DNA of 64,000 nt from Octopus vulgaris (taxonomy: Eukaryota), in the NCBI GenBank assembly GCA_951406725.2, contig OX597831.1, positions 52,576,001 to 52,640,000 of the forward strand. The letters are read 5' to 3'. Positions 27,358-42,254 of the stretch are shown piece after piece. The position numbers and the translations under genes were made by a program. The notes beneath the pieces are model-generated. The model made no database searches. It was not told the origin of the DNA and saw only the letters and a list, made by a program, of their open reading frames with translations. The number at the start of each line of letters is the position of its first letter. Positions within the stretch are counted from its first letter, which is position 1.

Positions 27358-28288
27358 GATGGTGGAACATGCCAGCCAATCTTTACCAGTTTCTTCCAGA
27401 TCTGCAAGGAAACATGAGACCTAGCTTTGTCTTGGAGGAAGACGACATCCTTCCAATTGGCCAATTCTGGACGTTTTTCATCGATTGCCTCTAATCAGTT
27501 TAATTGGGAACAATAATTGTCTTAATTCGATTTTGCTCGACGAGTTCGTAATACACAATACCCTTCCAATCCAACCAGATACAGAGCATCACCTTCCCGG
27601 CATACTGATCAGCTAAAGGAGATTCATTTCGTTTTCTCTGGGATCATCTTTATTACTTGTGACTGTTCTTTTTTAAAACGTGTCATTTTTGTTGCATTTG
27701 AGCAGAGAATAACAGATAGAGATGCAGTCTATTAAATGTTTTTCCATTGAATTATGAGGCACCTAAACATCATAGTGTTTCTAAATGCTTTTTAGTGCTC
27801 ATATGAGATGTGTGGAGTATGTCTGCAGTGACTCGTGTCCTTTGACTTGGATTACATTTTCATTAACGTTTCAATTTAGTCATCATTAGCGATCGTAAGT
27901 CAGATGGAACGTTCATGGTGTTCCAGATCAAAATTTTTACTCCTAAACCTTGTGAATCACTTAGAAACAGGCTTTTCAGATACGGCACCAGCGCCATAAA
28001 TTACTCGTCTTTTTTGCTGTTTGTACAGTGTTTTTATTTTATTTGATTTGATTTTCGAAAATATATAACATCAAATGACTAAAACGCACCTCATCTTCCT
28101 CTATTTTCACTTTTTAACATAGAAACAGTAAAAATAAACTATTGGCACAGTAATCGTATTGAAAGTGTTGAAATGTCACCTCTCAGAAAATATATGGATG
28201 TCATATGATTCTGTCACGTGAAAAACGAAATCACGTGCTCAAACGCCATTAATTAAAAGAGGGTACAAACTTTTGTTCCAACCCATTA
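27358..28288 (-). mobile_element. Decayed mariner (DD34D-type) transposon
   Basis: NWKDVVFLQDKARSHVSLQIWKKLVKIGWHVPP resembles HDNARPH..LGWEVLP. TIR-like taatgggttggaacaaaagtt at ~28268-28288. Confidence 0.8.
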
Positions 28289-28302
28289 TGTATATGCATA
28301 TA

Positions 28303-28372
<70 letters not shown>

Positions 28373-28929
28373 ATGTATGTACACACACACACAAACACGG
28401 GCTGCTTTCTAGTGTTTCCATTTAACAAATTTCATACTCAATGCATTGTCCAGTGCGAGACTATAATAATAAAGAAAACACTCGGCGAAGGCACCTCGCA
28501 TTGGAATCGAACCCTTTAACTACACATTTGCGAAGCAAAATACTTATTCACACAGCCATAAGCAATATATGCAATATACAATGCCTGATTCCTTTCGTAT
28601 TAGACGATCTTCATCAATGGTTGTTGTTGTTGTTGCTACTTTTGTTTACCTTTCATCCTTCTGGTGTTCATAAAATAAGGTAGAAGTCAAATACTGGGAC
28701 TGACAATATCGACTAAGCCCCTTTCCTTTAGGCCTCTACTTGAAGCAATCATGAAGATGGTGGATTGGCAGAATCGTTTGGTACGAAAATAAATGTTCTG
28801 CTCTATTTTTTTTTTTTTTCACTTAACGTTCTGAGTTCAAATCCCACTGAGGTCCACATTGCCTTTCATCCTTTCGGAGTCGATAAAATGAAATACTAAG
28901 TATCTTAAGTAATTCGTGGATTGTGCTGG

Positions 28930-30200
28930 GTAAAGATTTTTAAAAAACTTTGCGTAACATTGTGAACCCTAACATGTTTCGGATGCTTTTGCTCGTACTG
29001 TATTTTTAACATAGCGAGTGCTCCAGTTATGACAGGTACTGTTTTTTATTTTTAAGCCCATCTTTCTTTATTTCATTTTCGAAATCCTTGTAATTGTATA
29101 CAATTTCCTCACATCCTTTTGCACATTTTTTTTTTACTTAAAGAGGATTGCAATGTCTATCAGTGTGCAAGTATTTTCCTTTTTTTTTTTCCAACCTTGG
29201 TTATTACATCTGGTCGATTTGCTTTCATCTCCTCGTCAGTTTTGATAAGACATGTCCCAGATGATTGTTGCTAGATCGTAGTTGTTATGGATTGCGTTTG
29301 GTTTGTGTTTATACCATATCTTCTCACTATTTTTATATCGATGTGTTGGCATGTTGCCCAATGGATAAAGCTATCGACTTGATTGTGTCTCTGTACATAC
29401 CGTATTTTCCGGCGCACTAGTCAACGTAGTACATAGGGTAAACATTCAGACATCGTCATTGTCTTTTCAGAATCTGCTGCATTTCACATGGAATTTTTGG
29501 TCCTCCAAATTCGTCTAGGTATAATAAATCTACATATCGTTTTTTTACTGTAAATTTTGGGGATCATTACCTTTTGACCTACAGATTTTAAAAATAATTT
29601 TTTGTAACTAAACACTTTCAAACTTCGGACACTGGTGGAATGCGTCATATAAAACATCTTTTACTCTTAGATTTTTGAGAAAAAAACTTATGTTTACGAA
29701 GTTATTTCCCGTTAAAGTTCTCGTATTTCGGTAATTTCAACCAATCAATGACGTGTATTCAGCTGAATAAAATTACTGCCGTTGTTTGCCAACAACAACT
29801 ATCGGCAGTGTATTTTTACTTAAACAGGATTGCAATTCCAATTTTGGTCTAAAATATTTTATTTGTATGCCGGAAAATATATTATTTGGTCTCGCAGGTC
29901 TGGGCAGCATGAAATGATGTGGTCCATCGTCTAACAGTACTGTTTGTTTTGTCAGTACTTGACGCTAGCACTTTATTTTAATTTTAGCATTTTGTTTTTT
30001 TAACTGTTTGTAGTTAGGTATTGGTCTTGTGCTGCTAGTATCAGAGCTTCAGTTTCTGTTTTCTGTCCAGAGATTCTGAGCCATTGTTTAGATCTTACAT
30101 TCGCTTACATCGTCCCTGATTAGCTTTGTTGGATATTGGCCATGGACTTGTTTTTCATTCTATTTTTCCTCTTTAACACGTTTTTTAAATCCATTTTGGT
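28930..30200 (-). pseudogene. R4/Dong-like non-LTR fragment interrupted by a DNA element
   Basis: VHGQYP..QWLRISGQKTETEALILAAQDQYL, then after the insert YVQRHNQV and WDMSYQ..KANRPDVIT. Confidence 0.8.
29400..29882. mobile_element. pogo/Tc1-like MITE nested in the LINE fragment
   Basis: Inverted ends TA|CCGTATTTTCCGGC ... GCCGGAAAATA. LINE coding similarity resumes on both sides. Confidence 0.6.
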
Positions 30201-30586
30201 TTGACTAGGTCAATTTTTGCTTTCCATCACTCTAGGGTCGATAAAATTAAGTACCAATCAAGCACTGGGGTCGATGGTATCTTCCTCAAAATTGTTTGCG
30301 TTGTGCCAAAATTAATAATTATTACTGAAGGCGGCGAGCAGGCAGGAATAAGTACCAGTTTAACACAGGCATCGATGAAATCAAATAGCCTCTACCCCAA
30401 AAATTCCAAGACTTGTGTTTGTAGTAGAAAAGGTTATTATTGTTATTGTTGTTGTTTTTGTCGTTGGTGTTGTTGTTGATGATGATGATGATGATGATGA
30501 TGCTGATGATGATGATGTCAAATTATCATCATTGATGTTATATACTCTATTTTATTTTTATATTTCTTTCAATTTTTTTTTTGCAG

Positions 30587-30822
30587 CCCTGATCTGTTTG
30601 ACCTGCCTAGACGAACCGGACGTGGCGTTCGCCAACTACCGGATGCTACAGAGCTTCGGACTTACAATTGCCTTTGCTTTCGGGACGTTCATGTGTGTAG
30701 CTGCTCAACTCTACTTACTGATGACATTGCTCGTAGTAGCTATTATGTGCTATGTACTAGCCGAGTACAAAGTACGACAAACCGATTCTGAAAATAACAG
30801 CTTCGACGACGAGCGACACTAA
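30587..30822 (+). CDS. UNC93A: UNC-93-like protein, last coding exon
   Basis: Acceptor tttttttttgcag ends 30586. The phase-1 join (A+CC=Thr) gives TLICLTCLDEPDVAFANYRMLQSFGLTIAFAFGTFMCV...YVLAEYKVRQ...ERH*. AFANYR is the UNC93 C-terminal motif. Confidence 0.95.
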
Positions 30823-30908
30823 AGGGCGCTTCAAATTCTCACTATCTCTTTCTCTCTCTCCATCTATCTCTCTGTTCTCTCTCCTACATAATATCACAAT
30901 ATTTGCAG

Positions 30909-30980
<72 letters not shown>

Positions 30981-31180
30981 AGATATATATACGTACATAT
31001 ATATAATATATATAATATATATATATACATATATACATATATACAATATATATATATTGAGGCCATATCAACATCATAGTAATACATATCTCTCTCACTC
31101 ACCTTCCTCTTCTTTTTCATCACCATTTTCATCGCCATCATATTTTTAGTCTCACGTATCCTAAACTCCTTTCTCACGAG

Positions 31181-31262
<82 letters not shown>

Positions 31263-31411
31263 TACATATAATATATATATATATATATACACACACATAT
31301 GTAAGTATGTATGTATATATATATACATAGTACATATATATATACATATATATACATATATATATAGAGATATACATATACAGTTAAGCATTTACATACA
31401 TATATATATAT

Positions 31412-31454
<43 letters not shown>

Positions 31455-31518
31455 CAATCATATATATTAAACATCTACGTATATATACATATATGGGGGG
31501 TGAATACATACATATATA

Positions 31519-31559
<41 letters not shown>

Positions 31560-32005
31560 TCATACGTACATACATGTACACACGAAGACACATATATGCA
31601 TACAAAGATATGTTATATATATCATATATATATATGTATGTGTGTACTTTATATATATATTTTTTTGAACGCATATGCATATATAGACATGTACATAAAG
31701 ATACCTACGTTAGTGTGAAATGTATACATGTATGTTTGTGTGTGTGTGCGTGTGTGTGTATGTATATGTGTGTGTGTGGATATTGTATATATGTGTAAAT
31801 ATATAAGTTCCTCTCTTATTCTCTTTCTGGATTTTCCTTTCTCTAGAGTGAAATGAAAGAAAATAAAAACAAAACAAAAACAAAAATGAAGGAAATGACA
31901 AAGAGAAGAATAGCAGTTGGAAACAGGATTAGTGAGCTGGAGGTAACGGTTTCCAACGATAGGTGGCAGTAAAATTCAAACAACAACAACAACAACAACA
32001 ACAAC

Positions 32006-32070
<65 letters not shown>

Positions 32071-32213
32071 CGAAGTATAGGAATTAGAATATTGATCTCA
32101 ATAATATTAACTACAAATTAAACTAACAGCAAAATCGGATTTAGATCTATTTAGTGACATTTGTAAACGTGTGTGAGTAGGTATGTATGTGTGTGTGTGT
32201 GCGCGCGTATGTG

Positions 32214-32259
<46 letters not shown>

Positions 32260-32375
32260 CATACATACATACATACATACATACATACATACATACATAC
32301 ATACATACACACACATGCACATACATATATGTAATAAATATGTTTATTTGTATACATGTAATATATATATACATA

Positions 32376-32406
<31 letters not shown>

Positions 32407-32694
32407 GAACATGCGAGAAATGCATATGTTTATATATACATGCATATAATTACACATGCATATATATACAAAATAGCTGAAAATAGTTGAGGAAGATCAG
32501 GTCAAATATTCAACGGTGGGTGGCTTAGGTGGGTGTAGAATACTAGAGATAAATCTATACAGTGAGTGGAGGGAGACATGGTGATTGTGCTAAGGATTTG
32601 AAAAATTCACTTGCAATGTATTACTGCTCTACAAGTACCACAAACATTAAACTGAAGTCAGCAACTACAGTTTAGAACATATTAATGAATAATA

Positions 32695-32768
<74 letters not shown>

Positions 32769-32858
32769 GTACCAATGTATACTATGAGTTTCTTTGCCCT
32801 AGGAGTCGGGAAGACGCTCGGCAAGAAATGGAAGCAAATTTGAAAGAAGAAGAAAAAA

Positions 32859-32955
<97 letters not shown>

Positions 32956-33184
32956 TCCTGAAATGGGAAGTTTCCTTGCGGACAGTTTGTACAAGGGAGA
33001 TAATCATTTTTTTTTCCTCCATAATATTTGGTGGGATTATTTATACTTTTGAAACTGAAATTTAGGAAAGAGGAAGAATAGGATGACATAGAATACATAT
33101 ATTTAATTTTCTTTCCTCTTTCTTCTTTTATTCGTGTTTGCTTACTTATTAAGAAGATTTTAAAATTCCTAGTCTTAGGTTATC

Positions 33185-33266
<82 letters not shown>

Positions 33267-33829
33267 CGAGACAGGATTGTCTAAGTTTTGTAGGTTAAGC
33301 AAATCTGTTAGTGTAAGCAAAAGAGAAAATGGAATCCGCAGCATTATCATCAACGTCAAGCATTATTTAAACCATTGGCCAAAGCTAAAATATTATTAGC
33401 AACAACAACATTACAAAATTACTACCATTCCCCTACAACTACTACTACTCTTACGACTAGTTCTACTATTATTACTACTACTACACTACACTACTACAAT
33501 CACCACCACCGTCATCATCATCATCGTAGTTTCCATCGTAGCCGTCGTTATCATCATTGTCTCCTGTTCGTCGTCGTTATATAAATACAACCGAATAGAA
33601 CTAGACAGGACAAACACAACAGTGACAACAATATCAACAACAAAATTTGTGAGATAGAAAGAAGAACAAGCAAAAAAAAAATCCGAAACAACTGCTAAAA
33701 AAAAATACACCAACTATAGACAAACCACAATCGCTGACATATTACAAGCAAGAAATATAAAAAGAAATTGATTCAGCAAAATGAACAACAACAACAATAA
33801 TGATGATGATGATGACGATCATAATAATA

Positions 33830-33908
<79 letters not shown>

Positions 33909-33946
33909 TAATTGTAATAATAATAATAATAATAATATTAATAATT

Positions 33947-34086
<140 letters not shown>

Positions 34087-34144
34087 CAATAATAAAAATG
34101 ATGATGGGTGGCCGATGAAGGGATGGTGATATTATCGACAAAAA

Positions 34145-34192
<48 letters not shown>

Positions 34193-34210
34193 CACACATA
34201 CACACGTACT

Positions 34211-34299
<89 letters not shown>

Positions 34300-34348
34300 C
34301 GATCTAGATATAAATACATGTATATATGTAGGTATATTCATTTATATA

Positions 34349-34385
<37 letters not shown>

Positions 34386-35009
34386 TCATATATTTATATA
34401 TTTGAATATACATGCATATGCACGTACATACATACATACATACATACATACATACATACATACAAATAAAAATAATCGATGATAATGATGATAATGATGA
34501 TAATGATAATGATCATGATCATGATGATGAAAGTGGTGGTGATGATAGTAGTGGTGGCAGCGGCAGTCTTTGTGGTGGTGGTGGGGGTGGTAATAATACT
34601 CATGCGGTAATGATAGCGGTAAAACTAGATAGTGATAATGATGATGATGATGATGATAGCGACGGTGACAGCGATAATGGAGATGATGATGCTAGTGATT
34701 TCAAGCAAACAGTAAAGGAAACTGTCCTCCATGGTTAAAATATATCGATATGTTTTTCTACGTGCTGTCACTATAGCAACTCTTTGAAGAGTTCCGACAA
34801 TTAGTCTGCTGTGTACGTTCCTTCAGCTCATTTACCATTATACAAACACATACATGTATACATTTGTATATACATTAGTGTATTGAACATACATACATAC
34901 ATACATACATACATACATACATACATACATACATACATACACGCACACATACATGTACATGTATATAAATATATGTGTTTTGTGTGTGTATACATATATA
35001 CGTACATAT

Positions 35010-35100
<91 letters not shown>

Positions 35101-35363
35101 CACACACACGAATGTATTGCATATACATTTTACATAAAATTCATATACCATTAGAAAAATAATGACTTCACGTAGAAGAAGAAATATTATAACAAATGTA
35201 TATCTATCTATATATATAAAGGGTATATATATATATATATATATATAGTTATTTCATAAATATGTATATATATATTAATTTGTGTGTTCTTATATTTACA
35301 ACAACATGTATATATGCATTTATGGCTGTATAATATATATATTCTTATGTATACACGAAAATA

Positions 35364-35395
<32 letters not shown>

Positions 35396-35433
35396 CATGT
35401 ATATCTACATACATACATACATATATATGTATA

Positions 35434-35486
<53 letters not shown>

Positions 35487-35699
35487 ATGTATATATGTAT
35501 ATATATATATATATGTTTATAATCAGTTATATATTATTATCATGATAATCATATAAACATTCCAACATATAACTATACACATATATCCTTTTCTTCACAC
35601 AAATATATAGTATCGCACCATATTTCATGCGCAGCGCACATTCACTTAACTCAATATATATAAATGAATATATATATATATAAATGAATATATGTATAA

Positions 35700-35757
<58 letters not shown>

Positions 35758-35774
35758 ATATATATATGTATATA

Positions 35775-35856
<82 letters not shown>

Positions 35857-36484
35857 AAGCAGAGCAAAGGACCTTGCAACGTATGGAAGCGCCGAAAATA
35901 ATCTGGTCATTTTGGGATAGCTGTCGGACCACTAAGGTGATTATATTGTCTTAATTATTATCTCTCTCTCTTTTTCTCTCTCCTTTTCTATTTGTCTGTC
36001 TCTCCCTCCCTTTCTAGCTGTCTATCTCTCTCCCTTTCTTTCTCTCCTCTCTCTCCTAATTTCTATCTATCTAACTGATACTCTTTCCCAAACATATTTT
36101 TCCTTTCTGATATATACATGAAGGAGCATCTTCGCACATGTTCGTGTGTCTGTGTGTGTGATGTGTGTGTGATGTGTGTGCGTGTGTGTGTGTATGTGTA
36201 CATGTGTGTATGTGTGTGTGTGTGTGTGTGTGTCATGTGTGCATGTGTTTGTGTATGCATGTGTCGGGGGAGATGCGTGCGTGCGCCTGTGTGCATTTTG
36301 ATGTAATCTTTTTGCTGTTTTAGGAACCTCAGCCTCTTTCTGTCCCCTCCGCTCTCTATCCCTGTTTCTTCATATCTCTCTTTCTCTCTCTCTCTCCCTC
36401 CCTCTCCCTCCCTCTCTCTCTCTCTCTCTCTTGCTCGCTCTGTGTGTGTGTGTGAGTGTGTGTTTGTGTGTGTGAAGACAACAA

Positions 36485-36900
36485 TGGTGTACTGCTTACA
36501 AATCTATCTCGGTGGTGCTGCTTGTCACTCTAGACGACATCCAGACAAGAGCAGCTAGACTAATTGGAATTCAATCACTGACGATACACTCTAGTCTCTG
36601 GCCCACGGCGTACTGTCTTCCCTGTCTATCTTTTCCATTGCAACTGTAATGGTCTCTGATCATCGAAGCTACATGGTCTCATACCACCACAAATCAAGTA
36701 CACCCGTAACAACTCCTTTTCCTCCTTTCGTCACCTTTGGTACGTCTACCTCACCCTTGGACTCAAGTAACCCTTCTGTCCAATGCTTTCTCCCTAGAAC
36801 AACGGTCCACTGGAATATACTCTCTGCCTATACCGTTCCTGTCGGTGTTTACCTGCAAAAGTGTAAAGGGAACATTAATAGCATCCAGCTGATCAGTCTT
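36485..36900 (+). pseudogene. CR1/L2-group LINE 3' fragment
   Basis: TLDDIQTRAARLIG and SLAHG..VFPVY-like remnants of the RT C-terminus. Confidence 0.55.
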
Positions 36901-36975
36901 CGAAGTTCTGTAAAGATAATTACCGAATGCTCTTCCTCCATACTAAAGAAGTAACATCTATACTTTTACATATAT

Positions 36976-37014
<39 letters not shown>

Positions 37015-37051
37015 CAAGAGACACACACAAAAATACACAGCCTTCCACCCA

Positions 37052-37092
<41 letters not shown>

Positions 37093-37111
37093 TATATATA
37101 TATATATATAT

Positions 37112-37170
<59 letters not shown>

Positions 37171-37232
37171 TAGATAGATAGATAGATATGCATGTATGTA
37201 GGTATAAATGCATGTATGCATGTACGTACGTA

Positions 37233-37301
<69 letters not shown>

Positions 37302-37333
37302 TTTATTTAAAAGCAGCAGAAATTCAACAAAAC

Positions 37334-37371
37334 CTGTTACTCGGAGTTTCACGTTCCCGTTCGTCGGACAG
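37334..37371 (-). ncRNA. Minimal hammerhead ribozyme-like motif (core CCGACGA)
   Basis: Minus strand CUGU CCGACGA ACG-GGAA-CGU GAA ACUC-C-GAGU A ACAG gives stem I, core, stem II, GAA, near-palindromic stem III and a GUA site. Confidence 0.7.
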
Positions 37372-37383
37372 TTTTGTTAAAAA

Positions 37384-37421
37384 CTGTCCGACGAACAGGA
37401 ACGTGAAACTCCGAGTAACAG
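37384..37421 (+). ncRNA. Inverted partner hammerhead-like motif
   Basis: CUGU CCGACGA ACA-GGAA-CGU GAA ACUC-C-GAGU A ACAG, with one stem II mismatch. Confidence 0.6.
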
Positions 37422-37787
37422 GTTTTGTTGAATTTCTGCTGCTTTTAAATAAAGCATATTACCCTACCCCTGGTATTTGAGTACTCTTTTTTCCACCTTG
37501 TTTCACATTTATGTGTTTACTCCGGTATATATATATATATATATATATAGATATATATATATATCATTGGACATACAGTTAAACGATTTCTGAGGTTACA
37601 TACAAATTGTGCACAGAGAAGTGTACGCCGCAAAAAGGAAAAGGAAACGAATTAGACTGCCGTTTCGGGGTATCTCTTTGTCAGAGAAGAGTATTAAAAG
37701 AAATAAACCAGATAAAGGAAACAAGAAAAGAAACGGTACATGTTTAATGCATGTGTGTTTCTTTCAACGACATGCTCTCTATGAATG

Positions 37788-37830
<43 letters not shown>

Positions 37831-37872
37831 GAAAGAATGGAGTTGAATACTAGGATAATTCATTCAACTACT

Positions 37873-37914
<42 letters not shown>

Positions 37915-37918
<4 letters not shown>

Positions 37919-38351
37919 AAATAAGAAAATGGAGAAATACATCTGGAGAAAATGGAGAAATCAATTATCAACTACCAGATAATACCCAATCACATAATTT
38001 ACTAAACCACTACATATGAACATTAAGGTCAAACATATTAATATAGAACAAAACAGTGTACATGAAGGTAATATGGTACAATAAGTACAGTATGTATAAG
38101 AGAATATAAAAATATAAATATAAATATAAACAGCTGTAAGATGTAGTTTATATTTATATTTATATTTTTATATTCTCATATACATACTGTACTTATTGTA
38201 CCATTTTACTCTTTCATGTACACTGTTTTGTGCTATATTAATATGTTTGACCTTAATGTTCATATGTAGTGGTTTAATAAATTATGTGATTGGGTATTAT
38301 CTGGTAGTTGATAATTGATTTAGATGCATTTCTCCATTTTCTGATTTTGTA
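37915..38351. repeat. Long foldback, ~210-bp arms with a 14-nt loop, Penelope-like
   Basis: 37915-38131 is the near-exact reverse complement of 38146-38351. Flanked by (TA)n. Confidence 0.9.
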
Positions 38352-38523
38352 TTATTAATTTGTGGTAAAACATTTTACCTTTGCCCATATAATACAGTAA
38401 ATGAATTAATTGCATCGCAATTCTTAACATTTATGTATTAACTTTGTTGGGTACTTCACTAGCAGTATATTGGATATATGTTATCCCATGGAGGGTTGCA
38501 TTTACAACCCCTATCTCAATTTG

Positions 38524-38585
<62 letters not shown>

Positions 38586-38619
38586 ATTATATATACATAT
38601 ATATTATAATATATATTCT

Positions 38620-38861
38620 TTTATTCTTTTGTTTGTCATTTGACTGCGGCCATGGTGGAGCACCGCCTTTTAGTCGAACGAATTAACCCCAGGACTTATT
38701 CTTTGTAAGACTAGTACTTATTCTTTCGGTTCTCTTTTGCCGAACCGCTAAGTTACGGGGACTTAAACACACCAGCATCGGTTGTCAAGCGATAGTGGAG
38801 GGACAAACACAGACACACCAACATTTACACACAAACATATCCACACACACATACATGTATG

Positions 38862-38936
<75 letters not shown>

Positions 38937-39060
38937 CGGGCTTGTTTCAGTTTCCATCTGCCAAATCCACTCACAAAGCTTTGGTCGGCCCGAGGCTATA
39001 GTGGAAGACACTTGCCCAAGGTGTCACCCAGTGGAACTGAACCTGGAACCATGTGGTTGG
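38620..39060 (-). mobile_element. SINE family A with internal (TA)n
   Basis: Shared family A blocks. Confidence 0.85.
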
Positions 39061-39338
39061 CGCGCGCCATGAGAAGCTCGTAGAAAGGGAAGCAAATTGT
39101 AGTTTTGAAGCAGTCAGTTGTATACAAAATTTTTATTACACCTCGGTGCTATAGTAAGAATGAGTCCTGCAATTTGGTAAGACGTTATGCATGTTTTATT
39201 CCGGACAAAGTGTAATTTGTTATATGAACTTCAATACTGATATTAGTCTGGTACTTATTTTATCGCTGGCTGTTTGTCAGACTGCTACCTTCCGTGACAT
39301 GAAGAGAAACAATACACCAAAACAGACATATATATATA

Positions 39339-39580
39339 CTAGCAGTATCGCCCGGGTTTGTTTCGACCCTTTAGAATTGGAATTTTTGGAAAGTAAAAAC
39401 TTTGCATTATGTAGCTTGTTATTCTCTTGTTATTCTCTTAAGTGAACATTTTTCTGGTTGAAATATATCGAAAAATGGCGACACCGCAGTCAAAAAATCG
39501 TAGAAAATAGGGATTTTCATAGAAAAAAAGCACCTTTCTGATGTAAATAATTTTTAGTCTTAACATGGTCCGATTTGAAT
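39339..39580 (-). mobile_element. Helitron 3' terminal fragment
   Basis: Minus strand ends aaacccgggcgatactgCTAG|T, comparable to ccgggtaattcagCTAG|T at 20746. Confidence 0.55.
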
Positions 39581-39644
39581 TTTATCTTCAAGTCTGCCAC
39601 ACACAGACAACTTCAGCTTTATATATATTTATATATATATATAT

Positions 39645-39687
<43 letters not shown>

Positions 39688-40063
39688 TAAATACATAGAC
39701 ATACACACAAGAACGTATTCTGCACTATTTCTGTCAGCCAAATTCCATCCCCAAGATTTTGGTGTACCCAAGTACCCCCAAGACTATAGAAAAGACATTT
39801 ACACAAAGTGCTGTGCAGCCGGATCGAACCCGTGCTTATGCGGCTGCAAAGCGAACTTCAAAAGCATTGAGCAAAACCTGCACATGTATATGCATGTGTG
39901 TATACGTGTATGTGTGGGGGTGGGGGTGGGGGTGAAAAAGAATGTGCGAGTGTGTCAGTGTTTCCTATATTTCTGTCTATGGTCTATATCTGTCTATCTA
40001 TCCCTCTTTGTCTCTCTGTTTCTCTCCCCCTTTTTCCCTTTCTTTCCTCTTGTCTCTCTTTCT

Positions 40064-40143
<80 letters not shown>

Positions 40144-42210
40144 GTGTCTGTCTGCTTTTGTGTATGCTTACATACGTGCATACACACATATTATACGTGT
40201 GTGTGTGTGTGTGTGTGTCTGTGTGTGTCTGTGTCTGTGTCTGTGTGTTTGTGTCTGTGTCTGTATGCGCGCGTGTAACTATCTGTGCCTTTGCCAATGT
40301 CTATCATTTTCATCCCCATCTAATATTTTATTTTTCTTCTCTTTTTCTTTTCTTTTCCTGGAAAAGCAACCTACAGAAAGAATTCGATGAAAGTTGAAGG
40401 AAACAAGTTTCTCTTTATATTTTCTCTGCTTCATATTTGTTCAGCGGAAGAGAAACGACATTTTTACCATTTTTTATACAATTTAAACAAGCTGTGTACT
40501 GTTTCCACCATTTTCATCTTAGCAAAACCGACTTTCATGAATTATGTCACTTACGCTTCACCATACGCTTCAATGGGTTGTCGGCTGCTTTCAACGGTAA
40601 TTATGAAACAATTCATATGCTTTACTTTATCGTAACTTTCTCTTGTCTCTGTTTTCTTTTCAATTCAGAACGTCTTCATCTTCCTCTATTTTTTATCGTA
40701 TTTCTCTGCTTTTGTTTCTTTCATCTGAATTTTCTCCCACTTTTAGTTTTTCTCTCCTACATTCTTTCTCTCTTTTTTCCTCCCTTTTCTCTTCCGCCAT
40801 TATCTATTTCTCTGTTTTTCTTTCTCTCTTTTCCCTCTCTACCTCCCCTCTTTCTCTCTTTCTCAATCACTCACTCTCTTCCTCTCTCTTTCTCTCTTTC
40901 TCTCTATCTCTCTCTCTTTCACATTTCATATTCTTACTCCCCAGTCCCCCTCTTTATCATTCTATCTCATAAAATATGCTACAGAAAGAATGGCCAGACT
41001 CGTTTTAACGTAAGCGCCACGTACGATAAACTTCAGATGTTTGAGAGCCGGAAGACATAAACGAACTTTACACACACATTTTAAATTCTATATTTTTGCT
41101 CGCCATCAACATTAAACTTGCATTTTAATGCTAGAGGACTCTCAGTTAACATCCGGTAAATAATTATAAAGCTTGAACAATTTTCTTTATTTTATTCGTC
41201 TTTTATATTAATTGAGATGCAAAAAGAAGCCGAGTCAACATTCTTCCTCAAGAGGCACACTAAACACCGAAGAGCCTGTGTATATTTGGTCACCTTGTTT
41301 TATAAGAGTCAGACTATATAGCCATGTAAGTGATTGAATGCATAGATATGCCTTTTTTAGATATGATGGCTGTGCCCCAACATGGCCGGAAACAGCTAAC
41401 TGGCAGGAACTGAACGAGCATATATTTTTCCATACTTTCATAACATGCGCGCGCACACACACATACACACACACAGAGCATATATACAGTAAAATGTGGC
41501 ATAGGCCAACAGAGAAGGAGCATAATAGAGTCTGTCGCAGGATTACTCATTTCTGTCAGATAAGTGGAATGGAGCAACGTGAAATGAAGTTTTTTGCTCA
41601 GGAACACAATTCATCTCCCAGTTCAGGAATCGAAACCACAGTCTTACGATCGCGAGCGGAACGCCCTAATCACTAAACTACGCTTCTCTACATCATAACT
41701 CTGGGCGAGGTAGAAACGGGCTTGTGACATTTTCATCGGACGCTACTGGATGACTTTGATCTACTTCCTCTATTCATTGTTTCTAAGCTCAATACGTCCA
41801 TAAAAGACATTATCTATGGATGAACAGATGCATAAAAATAAAAATAATAAATCCATGATAATTAAAGGCTCAAACAATAACAGCTCATTCGATTCCAACA
41901 CGCCATTATTACATTGCAGTAAATCCAATCAGCTAAAAATATCATTAAGCGCAATATAATTAAAATAAAAGTAGAAAAGCATAAATTTCACATACAGTTT
42001 GTACACTGTGTTCAACAGCTGTTTCATTAAGAAATATTAAATGTATAATTACATAAGTGTGACACGTAATTAATTAATATGAAAACAATTTAAATGAAAT
42101 ATATTTAAAAGCTGTGTTTGCCCCCAAATCATTAGGAAAATTCTACGTTTCATATATATATATATATATATATATTTATAAGGATAAGATCGTTATTTAA
42201 AATACCGATC

Positions 42211-42241
<31 letters not shown>

Positions 42242-42254
42242 TGTATCCTTTGCC

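Noticed and set aside
34412-34738. Asp/Gly-rich 108-aa ORF
   Set aside because: Degenerate (GAT)/(GGT) trinucleotide repeat with no splice support.
40387-41060. Hydrophobic ORFs as a membrane-protein exon
   Set aside because: CT/T-rich low complexity and no recognisable family motif.
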